From a virus: 64,000 nucleotides of DNA. Under the pieces are notes generated by a model that was given only the letters and a program-made list of their open reading frames with translations, did not search any database and was not told the origin of the DNA. Shown piece by piece: positions 1 to 8,901 of this stretch; position 1 is the stretch's first letter; every line of letters starts with the position of its first letter. Location of the stretch: the IMG/VR virus record IMGVR_UViG_3300032050_000010. The stretch is one strand, 5' to 3'. The translations under genes were made by a program, and so were the position numbers.

Positions 1-1
1 T

Positions 2-1627
2 CTAAAGGGTGAGGAGAGCCGGCAGGTCCTCCTTCTCATGGGTCCTGTTGGTTCTGGTAAGAGTGCTCTTGCAGATGCTGTCAAGAAGTCACTTGAGAAG
101 GCAGCAGAGCCTATCTTCCATCTTGACGGCTGCCCAGTACGTGAGGAACCACTTCACCTCCTGCCACGTTCACTGCGTGACCAGTTTGAGAAGCTCCTCG
201 GTGTCCAGATCGAGGGTGACCTCTGCCCTGTCTGCCGCCACCGTCTTCTCAATGAGTTCGGCGGAGAGTATGAGAAGTTCCCAGTTGTGCGCAGCGGCTT
301 CTCTCAGCGCGGACGACGCGGAATTTCTGTTGTGCCTCCAATGGATGCCAACTCCCAGGACGTCTCTGCACTTATCGGCTCTGAGGACATCTCAAAGCTC
401 GACAAGTTCAGCGAGTCGGATCCTCGCGTCCTTAACCTCGATGGCGCATTCAACGTCGGCAACCGCGGTGTTGTAGAGTTCGTTGAGATCTTCAAGAACG
501 AGATTGAGTTCCTGCACACGATCCTCACCGCCACCCAGGAGAAGAATGTTCCAACTCCTGGCAAGAATGGTATGCTCTACTTCGACGGTGTGATCCTCTC
601 TCACTGTAACGAGGCAGAGTGGAACCGCTTCAAGTCTGAGCACACCAACGAGGCAGTTCTTGACCGTATCGTGAAGATTGAAGTGCCATACGTCCTTGAA
701 CTCAACCAGGAGATCAAGATCTACGAGAAGATGCTTCGTCGTTCTGACTTCAAGGCACATCTCGCACCGCACACGATCAAGGTCGCAGCGATGTTCTCAG
801 TCATGAGCCGTCTCAAGCCTTCACAGAAGGTTGACATCATGACCAAGATGAAGATCTACAATGGTGAGGAAGTTATTGAGAAGGGCAAGGTTCGCAAGGT
901 CGATATCAAGGATCTCCGTGAAGAAGTTCGCCACGAAGGCATGGACGGTATCTCAACCCGCTTCATCACCAAGGCTATCGACTCTGCACTGACTGACTCT
1001 GATAAGAGCTTCATCACTCCTATGCGCGTTATTGATGCTCTTATCAAGCAGGTGAAGGAGCAGGTTGTTGATGAGGAGAAACGCAAGACATACCTCGAGC
1101 TCCTCCAGAAGTCAATTCGTGAGGAATACCTTAAGATGCTCGAGAGCGAGATTGCCAAGGCCTTCGTCACCGCCTACGAGGAGCAAGCACAGTCGCTCTT
1201 CGACAACTACATGGACAATGCTGAGGCTTACACCACTAAGCAGAAGATGAAGGACCGCGTCACAAATGAGGAACGCGAGCCCGATGAGAAGTTCATGAAG
1301 GCAATTGAGGAGCAGATCGGTATTGTCGGTTCAGCCCGCGATGGCTTCCGTTCTGACGTCACTGCTTACATGTTCACTAAGATGCGTCGCGGTCAGAAGG
1401 TCGACTACAAGTCCTACGAGCCCCTCAAGGAAGCAATTGAGAGCTACCTCATTGCATCAGTGAAGGACATGGCACGCATTGTGACCAAGTCCAAGAGCCG
1501 TGACAATGAACAGCAGAAGAAGTACTCAGACATGGTTGAAACCATGGTCAAGGATTACGGCTACACGCCCGAGTCAGCTGAGGAGACGATCATGTTTGCT
1601 GCAAATAATCTCTGGAGAGACAGCTAA
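2..1627 (+). CDS. prkA: PrkA/YeaG-family AAA+ serine protein kinase (5'-truncated by window edge)
   Basis: Frame is open from base 2 (LKGEESRQVLLLMGPVGSGKS, Walker A). Family motifs GCPVREEPLHL, SDPRVLNLDGAFNVGNRGVVEFVEIFK, NEAVLDRIV and EGMDGISTRF. Confidence 0.9.
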   Translation, partial: LKGEESRQVLLLMGPVGSGKSALADAVKKSLEKAAEPIFHLDGCPVREEPLHLLPRSLRDQFEKLLGVQIEGDLCPVCRHRLLNEFGGEYEKFPVVRSGFSQRGRRGISVVPPMDANSQDVSALIGSEDISKLDKFSESDPRVLNLDGAFNVGNRGVVEFVEIFKNEIEFLHTILTATQEKNVPTPGKNGMLYFDGVILSHCNEAEWNRFKSEHTNEAVLDRIVKIEVPYVLELNQEIKIYEKMLRRSDFKAHLAPHTIKVAAMFSVMSRLKPSQKVDIMTKMKIYNGEEVIEKGKVRKVDIKDLREEVRHEGMDGISTRFITKAIDSALTDSDKSFITPMRVIDALIKQVKEQVVDEEKRKTYLELLQKSIREEYLKMLESEIAKAFVTAYEEQAQSLFDNYMDNAEAYTTKQKMKDRVTNEEREPDEKFMKAIEEQIGIVGSARDGFRSDVTAYMFTKMRRGQKVDYKSYEPLKEAIESYLIASVKDMARIVTKSKSRDNEQQKKYSDMVETMVKDYGYTPESAEETIMFAANNLWRDS

Positions 1628-1664
1628 GATAAAAGTTTGCATTTCTCTGTATAATCAGACAGAA

Positions 1665-2942
1665 ATGCAAATTAGACAACCCAACACTCTCGAGAGAGAA
1701 ACAAGAAGCTCGCTGGTGGATATCTTTGATACCCACCACGCGGGCCCTCTTGCTATTGGTGATCAACAATTTGACGATCTCATTCAAAAGTTCTTTTTGA
1801 ACAAAAGTAAGAGTGAGATCTTTGAGAGAATTGTCAAACCAATGATGAAGAGAAATCTCTATGAAGCAGAGGGTAAATCTGCGGGATCGGCAGAGATTTT
1901 CTTGAAACTATGCGAAATGCATTTTAATCATGAAGGCAATGCTATTCTGTCCAAAATAGATTGGGATAAAACATCACAGCGAATTGCAAAGATGGCCAAG
2001 ATAAGGCCCACCAGATCAGAGATTTTTAGCTTAATTGACAAAAGAAGCACAAAAGATACAGTAGAAGTTCTAAAAGAAGCACTAAGTTTGTCATCACGTG
2101 ATGACATTGTTGAAGTTGTGAGAGCTTATGATGTTAAAACATCAATTACGACAGAATTGGGCTGCACATTTAGTGATATTAAGATTGAACCGCTCTACTA
2201 CACAGTCAAGCCTTGGTCAAAGAACCAGGTCAACATCATTCTGGTTGATGGTGTCATAGAAAAGTCAATCCATGTTGAGCACATCCTTCAAAAATCAAAT
2301 ACTGATAAAGAACCCTACATCATCATTTGTAGAGAAGCAACTGAAGAAGTTAAGAATGTGTGCAGCACAAATTTCTTAAGGCAGACGACTGACGTCATCC
2401 TATGCACCGCACCGTACAGTGAGAAAACAGCACACATCTTCGAGGATTTAAAGGTTGTAACAGAGTGTGAAGTTGTGTCACCAGAGATGGGTGACATTAT
2501 AACTGCGCATATCTATAAGAAAGCATCAAAGGTTAGGAAGGTAAGCATCAGTCGCGGTGCACTTCTCATTGAGAATGATAGAAGCGATAGAATTAAGAAG
2601 CATAGAGAAAGTTTAATTGAGAAAATGAACCAGATCAATGATGATGATGTGACAGATCTAATTAGAAAGCGTCACAAAGCGATGTCTGGTAGGAAAATTC
2701 TAATTAAAGTTGGAAATGACTTGATTATGAAACAGAGAAACATTATTGAGCAGATTGATAAAACGCTGAGAGAAGTTCGTGACGGTGTTGCAAGCGGTAT
2801 TCTGATGAGTTCAGATGCGCTACCCTTCTTAGTTAAAGATGATCTTTATCGCCCCGTGCACAGCATTAAGATTGCAATTGACGCTTATCGATCATTCACT
2901 TCAGTGCTGTCAAACACTGGGTTAATTCTTTTAGAAGAATGA
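1665..2942 (+). CDS. Degenerate chaperonin (GroEL/Cpn60-like) protein
   Basis: GroEL-like apical and intermediate segments (IILVDGVI, PYIIICRE, FEDLKVVTECEVVSPEMGD, KILIKVG, VRDGVASGI). Start moved from 1500 (inside prkA) to the in-frame ATG 1665, which follows TATAAT at 1650. Confidence 0.6.
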   Translation: MQIRQPNTLERETRSSLVDIFDTHHAGPLAIGDQQFDDLIQKFFLNKSKSEIFERIVKPMMKRNLYEAEGKSAGSAEIFLKLCEMHFNHEGNAILSKIDWDKTSQRIAKMAKIRPTRSEIFSLIDKRSTKDTVEVLKEALSLSSRDDIVEVVRAYDVKTSITTELGCTFSDIKIEPLYYTVKPWSKNQVNIILVDGVIEKSIHVEHILQKSNTDKEPYIIICREATEEVKNVCSTNFLRQTTDVILCTAPYSEKTAHIFEDLKVVTECEVVSPEMGDIITAHIYKKASKVRKVSISRGALLIENDRSDRIKKHRESLIEKMNQINDDDVTDLIRKRHKAMSGRKILIKVGNDLIMKQRNIIEQIDKTLREVRDGVASGILMSSDALPFLVKDDLYRPVHSIKIAIDAYRSFTSVLSNTGLILLEE

Positions 2943-2987
2943 TTTACTTTTTCCACCTGGTGTTAATGTTTTAACTAGGAGATAGAG

Positions 2988-3227
2988 ATGGCTACCGATG
3001 CCGATAGAGAGATCAACAATCTTGTTGTAACACTTTCATCTTTTATTAGGGATGTTGTGACTACAAATGTTGCCGAAGCAAAGCAGAAGGGCTTAGTCAG
3101 GGTCGATGATGGTGAGCTTCGCAAGGTAATAAGCATTGCTGCTTCTTCAATCGAGCAAGCCGTGTCAAAGGCACACGGCCAGATCGAGGGAACTAAGCGC
3201 GCACTGAGAGAGGGCCGTGGCCACTGA
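2988..3227 (+). CDS. Hypothetical protein
   Basis: 79 aa ORF with AGGAG RBS, in operon context. Confidence 0.7.
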   Translation: MATDADREINNLVVTLSSFIRDVVTTNVAEAKQKGLVRVDDGELRKVISIAASSIEQAVSKAHGQIEGTKRALREGRGH

Positions 3228-3687
3228 AGGAATTAAGCACTTAATTGAGTGTCACTGCATCCTTCCTCAATATAGGAAGATGGAAAACCCAATCTACCAT
3301 AAGTTTGTGGTTTTCTCTGTTGTTGAGGATGATGTAGTTGAACCAAAATTTGTTCAATGTAACAATTGCTCAATTATTCACAAGATTACAGACATCTGTA
3401 AATCTGAAATTGTTGCAGGGCTTGAATTTTCAAATGCTGTGACAAGAATTGACGAGGTTCGTGAATCGTTACCTGACCAGATTGCATCTTTTCTAGAAAA
3501 AGCCAACAGCGACATGGCAACATGGGAAAATGTTGCTTTTCTTCTAGAGAATAGCTTGGGTGGTTTTGAAGTCCCAATTGCAAAAGAAGCAGTGGGCGGA
3601 CTAACACAGGTCAAGATGTTGTCTGTTGATGAAAAAGGCAAGGTTAAGATCAAAACTGTGACTAGAAATGATTTTTTGGAGCCATAG
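3217..3687 (+). CDS. Hypothetical protein, possible Zn-binding (CHC...CNNC)
   Basis: 156 aa, GTG start overlapping the previous gene, Cys/His pairs. Confidence 0.65.
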   Translation: MATEGIKHLIECHCILPQYRKMENPIYHKFVVFSVVEDDVVEPKFVQCNNCSIIHKITDICKSEIVAGLEFSNAVTRIDEVRESLPDQIASFLEKANSDMATWENVAFLLENSLGGFEVPIAKEAVGGLTQVKMLSVDEKGKVKIKTVTRNDFLEP

Positions 3688-3689
3688 AC

Positions 3690-3923
3690 GTGAAGATAGG
3701 TCAAACTGAAGTTGATAAGAAAGCACGCTCTCTCGCAAAGTGCAGGGAGATCGTTGCAGAGATCAATAATTTTGGCGTTAACGACTTTGAAAGACTACAA
3801 ATAATTCATTTGTTATCTCTAGAATTAGAAGATAGAGATTTAATCAGTGACTTTGCTGAGGTAATTAAAGGATACCGCGGCGACGTCTTTGAAGAGAAGA
3901 AAACTGACTCAATTATTCAATAA
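3690..3923 (+). CDS. Hypothetical protein
   Basis: 77 aa, tightly packed in the operon. Confidence 0.65.
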   Translation: MKIGQTEVDKKARSLAKCREIVAEINNFGVNDFERLQIIHLLSLELEDRDLISDFAEVIKGYRGDVFEEKKTDSIIQ

Positions 3924-3933
3924 AGGAGAAAAA

Positions 3934-4131
3934 ATGGCAAATCTAAGTGACCAGTGGGACCAGCTTAAGGTCCTAGTTGAGAGCCTCGAGGTTGATATTC
4001 GCAAGAGCCTCAACGGCAACAAGTCTGCAGGTGTTAGAGCTCGTAAGGGCCTCCGCCTTGTCAAGAATAGTGCAGCTGATCTCATCCGTACATCACTTGC
4101 ATCTTCTGGCGACACTACAGAGACTGAGTGA
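3934..4131 (+). CDS. Histone H1-like Hc1-family small DNA-binding protein
   Basis: AAGGAG RBS then ATG 3934. The sequence LKVLVESLEVDIRKSLNGNKSAGVRARKGL matches the Hc1 helical core GNK(S/A)A-x-x-R. Confidence 0.7.
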   Translation: MANLSDQWDQLKVLVESLEVDIRKSLNGNKSAGVRARKGLRLVKNSAADLIRTSLASSGDTTETE

Positions 4132-4147
4132 TTTCACTCTAAACATT

Positions 4148-4172
4148 GAAACCCGCCAATTTGGCGGGTTTC
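4148..4172. terminator. Probable bidirectional intrinsic terminator
   Basis: Perfect inverted repeat GAAACCCGCCA-att-TGGCGGGTTTC between convergent genes. Confidence 0.8.
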
Positions 4173-4193
4173 TTGCTATTTGAAAGCTTGAAT

Positions 4194-4415
4194 TTAAAGA
4201 ATGTGCTCAGCAAGCTTCTCTATAACTTTCTTTTCAATTTGACAAATTCTCATTCGAGTAACGCCTAAAATATCACCTATCTGCTGTAGTGATAGCGGCC
4301 CACGCTTTGAAGCTACTAGAGTGCAATTTTGATACTCACTTGAGTTTATCCAGAGCTTGCACGTCTTATTTGCACAATCTTTCTTGCAACTTTCGTGCAA
4401 TTCGAAGCATTTCAT
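4194..4415 (-). CDS. Cys-rich small protein with sigma70 region-4 HTH
   Basis: LSLQQIGDILGVTRMRICQIEKKVIEKL is a region 4.2 HTH. Five N-terminal Cys; GGAGAGG upstream on the minus strand. Confidence 0.8.
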   Translation of the reverse strand: MKCFELHESCKKDCANKTCKLWINSSEYQNCTLVASKRGPLSLQQIGDILGVTRMRICQIEKKVIEKLAEHIL

Positions 4416-4481
4416 GTGTTTATTTGAACCTCTCCATATAATAGTATCAAAAACGCTGTTCTTTTACTATAGCGAGGAATA

Positions 4482-5780
4482 ATGACAAAGTCAAGCACAG
4501 GCAGAAAGACATTCATAGTTGATACATCAGTTCTTCTGTATGACAAGTGCTCAATTCACTCATTCCCAGGAAATGACGTTGTCATTCCTCTTATCGTCCT
4601 TGATGAACTTGATCGTTTTAAGGATAAGCCAGGTCTTCTTGGCGAGTATGCACGTTACGTCAATCGCTACCTTGATGACTTAAGGAAGGTAGGCTCACTT
4701 CACGATGGAGTGAAAATTGACCATGACCAGACAATACGCGTAGATATTGATATTCACCCCATCCCAGACAGCTTAGATGGCAACACAGGTGATAATCGCA
4801 TTATTGCTGCAGCACTTTCGCTGAAGTCTGCATCTGATCAGCCAGTTGTGATGGTCACGAAGGATATCAACTTTAGAGTTAAATGCGACTCACTAGGTAT
4901 CTACTCAGAAGATTACTACAAGGATCGCATCGTCCATGACAAGAGCGAGATCTACTCAGGACAAGCTGAAGTTGAAGCCGTTTCTCCCTCTGTTATTAAT
5001 CAATTTTATGACGATGGAAGCATATCAACAGATCACCTTGACTTTGATCTGAATAGTAACCAGTACGTCACAGTCAAATATGGAAATCAATCACTGATTG
5101 GTGTCCACCGCAGTGGCAATGTTGTGCCTCTTGTCAATAATCTGACAAAAACGATCGGTATCACACCACGCAACAAGGAGCAAAAGTTTGCAATTGACGC
5201 TCTGACACGTGATGACATTAAGCTCGTGTCGATGACTGGCCTCGCCGGATCAGGCAAGACATTCCTCACGCTGATGGCAGGCATGTCAGGTCTCCAGGAT
5301 AAGAGATACGACCGGATAGTCATCACTCGATCCCTGCAGACTGTTGGAAAGGAGATCGGCTTTTTGCCTGGTGACATTGACGACAAGATGAGCCCATGGT
5401 TGTCACCTATTCTTGATAACTTCAGAGTTGCCTTTAAGGATTCGACATACTTTGAGATGATGCGCCAGAAGGGGCAAATCGAGGTATCCCCTCTTGCCTT
5501 CATTCGTGGCAGAACATTCAACAACACATTCTTAATTGTTGATGAAGCTCAGAATTCCACCATTCATGAGCTAAAGACGATCATCACGCGCATAGGTGAA
5601 GGTTCAAAGGTTGTCTTGCTGGGTGACACCGACCAGATCGACACACCCTACCTTGATAGTTTGTCAAACGGCTTAACTGTTATTGTTGAGAAGTTCAAGA
5701 AATTTGATATTGCTGCGCACATTACCTTGATGAAGGGCGAACGCTCAGAGCTAGCTACGTTGGCATCGCAAGTCTTGTAA
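4482..5780 (+). CDS. phoH: PIN-domain PhoH-family ATPase (PhoH2/YlaK type)
   Basis: PIN motifs FIVDTSVLL, VLDELD, DNRII and TKDINFRVK. PhoH motifs GLAGSGKT, IGFLPG, RGRTF, IVDEAQN and GDTDQID. Confidence 0.92.
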   Translation: MTKSSTGRKTFIVDTSVLLYDKCSIHSFPGNDVVIPLIVLDELDRFKDKPGLLGEYARYVNRYLDDLRKVGSLHDGVKIDHDQTIRVDIDIHPIPDSLDGNTGDNRIIAAALSLKSASDQPVVMVTKDINFRVKCDSLGIYSEDYYKDRIVHDKSEIYSGQAEVEAVSPSVINQFYDDGSISTDHLDFDLNSNQYVTVKYGNQSLIGVHRSGNVVPLVNNLTKTIGITPRNKEQKFAIDALTRDDIKLVSMTGLAGSGKTFLTLMAGMSGLQDKRYDRIVITRSLQTVGKEIGFLPGDIDDKMSPWLSPILDNFRVAFKDSTYFEMMRQKGQIEVSPLAFIRGRTFNNTFLIVDEAQNSTIHELKTIITRIGEGSKVVLLGDTDQIDTPYLDSLSNGLTVIVEKFKKFDIAAHITLMKGERSELATLASQVL

Positions 5781-5783
5781 GAG

Positions 5784-5790
5784 ATAGTTA
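5784..5790 (+). promoter_or_regulatory. Candidate late promoter ATANTTA (ATAGTTA)
   Basis: First copy of a motif that recurs just upstream of virion gene starts (see findings). Confidence 0.5.
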
Positions 5791-5809
5791 TCCTTGCAGG
5801 GAATGCAAT

Positions 5810-6124
5810 ATGGGAAGAGTTAAACTAACATCCAGAAATCTTAATAGGTACACGAAAGTGTACCCGTATGTTAGAGCTCAACCTCGTAATGTCTATTTCA
5901 CTAATGAAGAGTTCGTTCTAGAAAGCGCTGTTGTCAACTTTGCAGGAAGTAATACTGTGACTTATACATTCACAAATTCATATTCAACTGTTCCAACTGT
6001 TATTGCAACATCACTTAATGACTCATTCAATGTTTTTGTTAGTTCTGTTTCAACAACACAAGTTGTAATAGGTGCAAGCATACCAAATAGCGACTCTGCA
6101 TCAATTGTGGTGGTAACAACATAA
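5810..6124 (+). CDS. Small beta-rich virion protein (fibre-associated, H-lectin-like pattern)
   Basis: TYTFTNSYSTVPTVIAT...VSSVSTTQVVI pattern; directly precedes the fibre genes. Confidence 0.5.
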   Translation: MGRVKLTSRNLNRYTKVYPYVRAQPRNVYFTNEEFVLESAVVNFAGSNTVTYTFTNSYSTVPTVIATSLNDSFNVFVSSVSTTQVVIGASIPNSDSASIVVVTT

Positions 6125-6357
6125 TGCCCAGAGCAACGACAGTAGAAATGCAGTTTGGAACTGCAACACTTGACTCATCGGGTGTTGGCCCAATACTCGT
6201 TACAGTAGAAGGGACAGATGCTAATATATCAGTAACACTGACACCAAATGAAAATGTAAACATGTCTGCTTATGTAGTATCAAATCCTCTCTACGCAATT
6301 GCATCCACAGAGCAAAGTTCTGTGGACTATAACTACCTCATAGTGAGCTCAACGTAA
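6124..6357 (+). CDS. Small putative virion protein
   Basis: 77 aa, TAATG-coupled on both sides, beta-rich. Confidence 0.6.
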   Translation: MPRATTVEMQFGTATLDSSGVGPILVTVEGTDANISVTLTPNENVNMSAYVVSNPLYAIASTEQSSVDYNYLIVSST

Positions 6358-6947
6358 TGGCATCAAAACCACCAGATTTTAAAGCTTCTGGCGTTAGAGC
6401 CGAACGCCTAATTGCGTCAGGTAGCACAAAGAAGCCGCAACTTCTCATTTTTAATGAGACTGCAGCAGGAAATGATGGTACTACAGTCGATACAAACAGC
6501 TTAAAGCTATCTGGAACAGGATCGGATACGTGGCTCTTTATCTCAGGTGCTATCGGAGGAAATGATCGTGTTACTTTTGGCGGCGATGTATACATGTCAG
6601 GATCTTTGCTGGGTGTTACAGTCTCAGCAACACCTGCATCTCCCGTCAATTCTGTTCAATTCAATAATGCAGGATCATTTGGCGGTTCATCTAATTTAAC
6701 ATTTAACGGTTCAAACTTACTTCAACTTACAGGATCTTTTGGAATTCAAGGATCAATTACACCTGATGCAGATACAACCTACAATTTAGGCTCTTCTAGC
6801 AAGCGTTGGGCAAACGTCTACACAGGTGACTTACACCTCCGAAATGATCGAGGTGATTGGACAATTGTAGAAGAAGAAGATTATCTCTGTGTTGTCAACA
6901 ATAAGACAGGTAAGCGCTTTAAGATGATGCTCCAGCCTCTAGATTAA
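6357..6947 (+). CDS. Short fibre-like virion protein
   Basis: Gly/Ser/Thr-rich. C-terminal RWANVYTGDLHLRNDRGDWTIVEEED...KTGKRFK domain is shared with the next gene. Confidence 0.65.
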   Translation: MASKPPDFKASGVRAERLIASGSTKKPQLLIFNETAAGNDGTTVDTNSLKLSGTGSDTWLFISGAIGGNDRVTFGGDVYMSGSLLGVTVSATPASPVNSVQFNNAGSFGGSSNLTFNGSNLLQLTGSFGIQGSITPDADTTYNLGSSSKRWANVYTGDLHLRNDRGDWTIVEEEDYLCVVNNKTGKRFKMMLQPLD

Positions 6948-6987
6948 AAATTCCATGATATTTAGCCATTGGGTATAGGAGTTACCA

Positions 6988-8832
6988 GTGGCTTTAGTTG
7001 GAAATATCTCAGGTTCAATACAGAACAGTTCGAATATCGGTGTTAGCGGTTCCGTAGTAATAGCAAATCGTCCAGATGCATTGTTTCCAACACTTAACAG
7101 CGTTGGTGGCGACGTTGTCTTCTTTGTGTCTGGATCGAGAGGCGGCAAAGGTGTAACATCTGAAAGAACAGTCTCTGTCTTCGGGGGCGATGCCGTTGTC
7201 AGTGGATCGCTGACAATTGGAACAGGATCAATCACGATCACATCCAATGACATCACATTCCAGGGTGGCATTGCACAGATCTTTAGTGGATCGGGCGGGC
7301 TTACATTTGCTGACTCAAGTGGGACAAAGACACTTTCAGAGATTGCATCAGGAGGTGGGGATGTCACAGGACCTACTAGCTCTACTGATAATGCTATTGC
7401 AAGATTTGATCTAACAACTGGAAAGATCATTCAAAATTCTGATCTTACAGTCAGTGACTTAGCAGGTGGAGCAGGTGGAACAGTAAATCTGGATACTAAC
7501 TCAGCCGCGACAGTCAATCTCTTTACAACAAATGCCACGTCTGTTGTAATTGGTAAGTCAGGTGGTAGCACTGTTACAACAAACGGTAACATCAAAGTGG
7601 GCAGCAACATAATACAGGCTGCTGATGGTGCTACAGCTTTAACTCTTACATCAACATCTGGCAATGTTGCCGTTGCTGGAGAGCTTACAGTAACTGGTAA
7701 TAACATCAAGTCCAGCACAGGTGCAACAGCAATCGCACTTAGTGGTGACAGTGTCACGATACCTGGCGACCTCACAGTCAACGGCACGACAACGACAGTC
7801 AACACAACAAATCTGATTATTGAGGATCCACTTATCTATATGGCTTCATCAAGTGCGCCAGGTACAGTAGGGTATGGTGGTATCGCAATCGCCTCAGGAT
7901 CAGGGGTAACAAATCAAGCACTTGTTTTTGTGAAGGACACAAACGGCACAGAAGCAGTCTGGTCATCCGGACGTCAGGACGTCAAAGCTGGGTCTGAAAC
8001 AACAAACACTAGCTTGACATATCTTCCCATCCGCGCCAGTAAGTTTGAAGTGGGTGGAACAATTGGCGGTGCTGGAAGATCCTTCATATCTTCGTCTGAT
8101 GGTTTCGTCCTCTCTGCAGTCGCAGGTGGTGATCTCTTCTTGAATGCAGCAGCCGGCCCACCAGGATCAAATGGAAACATTACATTTGAAGTTGCAGGAA
8201 CAGATTATCTCCAGGTATCAGGCAGCGGTGGTAATACTGTCGAGATCAAGGCGCCCGCTTTGATACTAACTGCCAGCATTTTAGACACAACAACTGAAGT
8301 TGTACGTGCTTTCAGTTCATCAACATCCATTCGATTGGGTGCTAGTGCTGGAACTACAACAACTATTAGAGGTGGAACTCTTGTTGGTAACCAGGCAATT
8401 CAAAATATCTTTAATGATACGGCGACAACGGTTAATTTTGCAGGAGCAGCAACTACACTTAATGTTGGTGGTGCAACAGGAAACTCAACAGCAAACATCG
8501 CTGTAAGTGATCCAGGTGTAGGCAATACTAAGACGATCAACATTGGAACGTCTGGCGGTGCTAACTCTACTACAAACATCAACTTAGGATCTAGCGCCGG
8601 CGGAACAATCACTGCTAACAGAAGCCTTATTCCTAGCGTTGATGTAACCTATAATCTCGGCGGTGCAAACAACCGCTGGGCAAACATCTACACAGGCGAC
8701 TTGCACCTCAAGAATGAGCGTGGCGACTACACCCTGATTGAGGAAGAGGATTTCCTTTCAATCCGCTTCAACAAGACAGGCAAGCGTTACAAGTTCGTCC
8801 TCGAGCCTGTCCCTGAACTTGATGAGAAGTGA
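6988..8832 (+). CDS. Tail fibre-like protein
   Basis: GTG start with AGGAG RBS. Fibre shaft motifs (GDLTVNGTTTTVNTTNLIIED, GPTSSTDNAIARFD) and C-terminal RWANIYTGDLHL domain. Confidence 0.75.
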   Translation: MALVGNISGSIQNSSNIGVSGSVVIANRPDALFPTLNSVGGDVVFFVSGSRGGKGVTSERTVSVFGGDAVVSGSLTIGTGSITITSNDITFQGGIAQIFSGSGGLTFADSSGTKTLSEIASGGGDVTGPTSSTDNAIARFDLTTGKIIQNSDLTVSDLAGGAGGTVNLDTNSAATVNLFTTNATSVVIGKSGGSTVTTNGNIKVGSNIIQAADGATALTLTSTSGNVAVAGELTVTGNNIKSSTGATAIALSGDSVTIPGDLTVNGTTTTVNTTNLIIEDPLIYMASSSAPGTVGYGGIAIASGSGVTNQALVFVKDTNGTEAVWSSGRQDVKAGSETTNTSLTYLPIRASKFEVGGTIGGAGRSFISSSDGFVLSAVAGGDLFLNAAAGPPGSNGNITFEVAGTDYLQVSGSGGNTVEIKAPALILTASILDTTTEVVRAFSSSTSIRLGASAGTTTTIRGGTLVGNQAIQNIFNDTATTVNFAGAATTLNVGGATGNSTANIAVSDPGVGNTKTINIGTSGGANSTTNINLGSSAGGTITANRSLIPSVDVTYNLGGANNRWANIYTGDLHLKNERGDYTLIEEEDFLSIRFNKTGKRYKFVLEPVPELDEK

Positions 8833-8852
8833 TCTGACCTAATCGTCATAAT

Positions 8853-8880
8853 TCGGCCTCGGTCTTCGGACCGAGGCCGA
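8853..8880 (+). other. 12-bp GC-rich hairpin with cUUCGg tetraloop
   Basis: TCGGCCTCGGTC-TTCG-GACCGAGGCCGA in the intergenic space; no clear U-tract. Confidence 0.85.
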
Positions 8881-8901
8881 TATGTATTACAAGAGGCTAG
8901 A

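Noticed and set aside
1500-1664. ORF-track N-terminal extensions (also 11810..11977, 3889..3933, 61841..61900)
   Set aside because: They overlap upstream genes; downstream starts have better RBS or promoter support.
6807-8709. DNA repeat between fibre C-termini as a DGR template/variable pair or shufflon
   Set aside because: Both copies are coding, the mismatches are not adenine-specific and are mostly synonymous, and there is no reverse transcriptase or invertase in the window.
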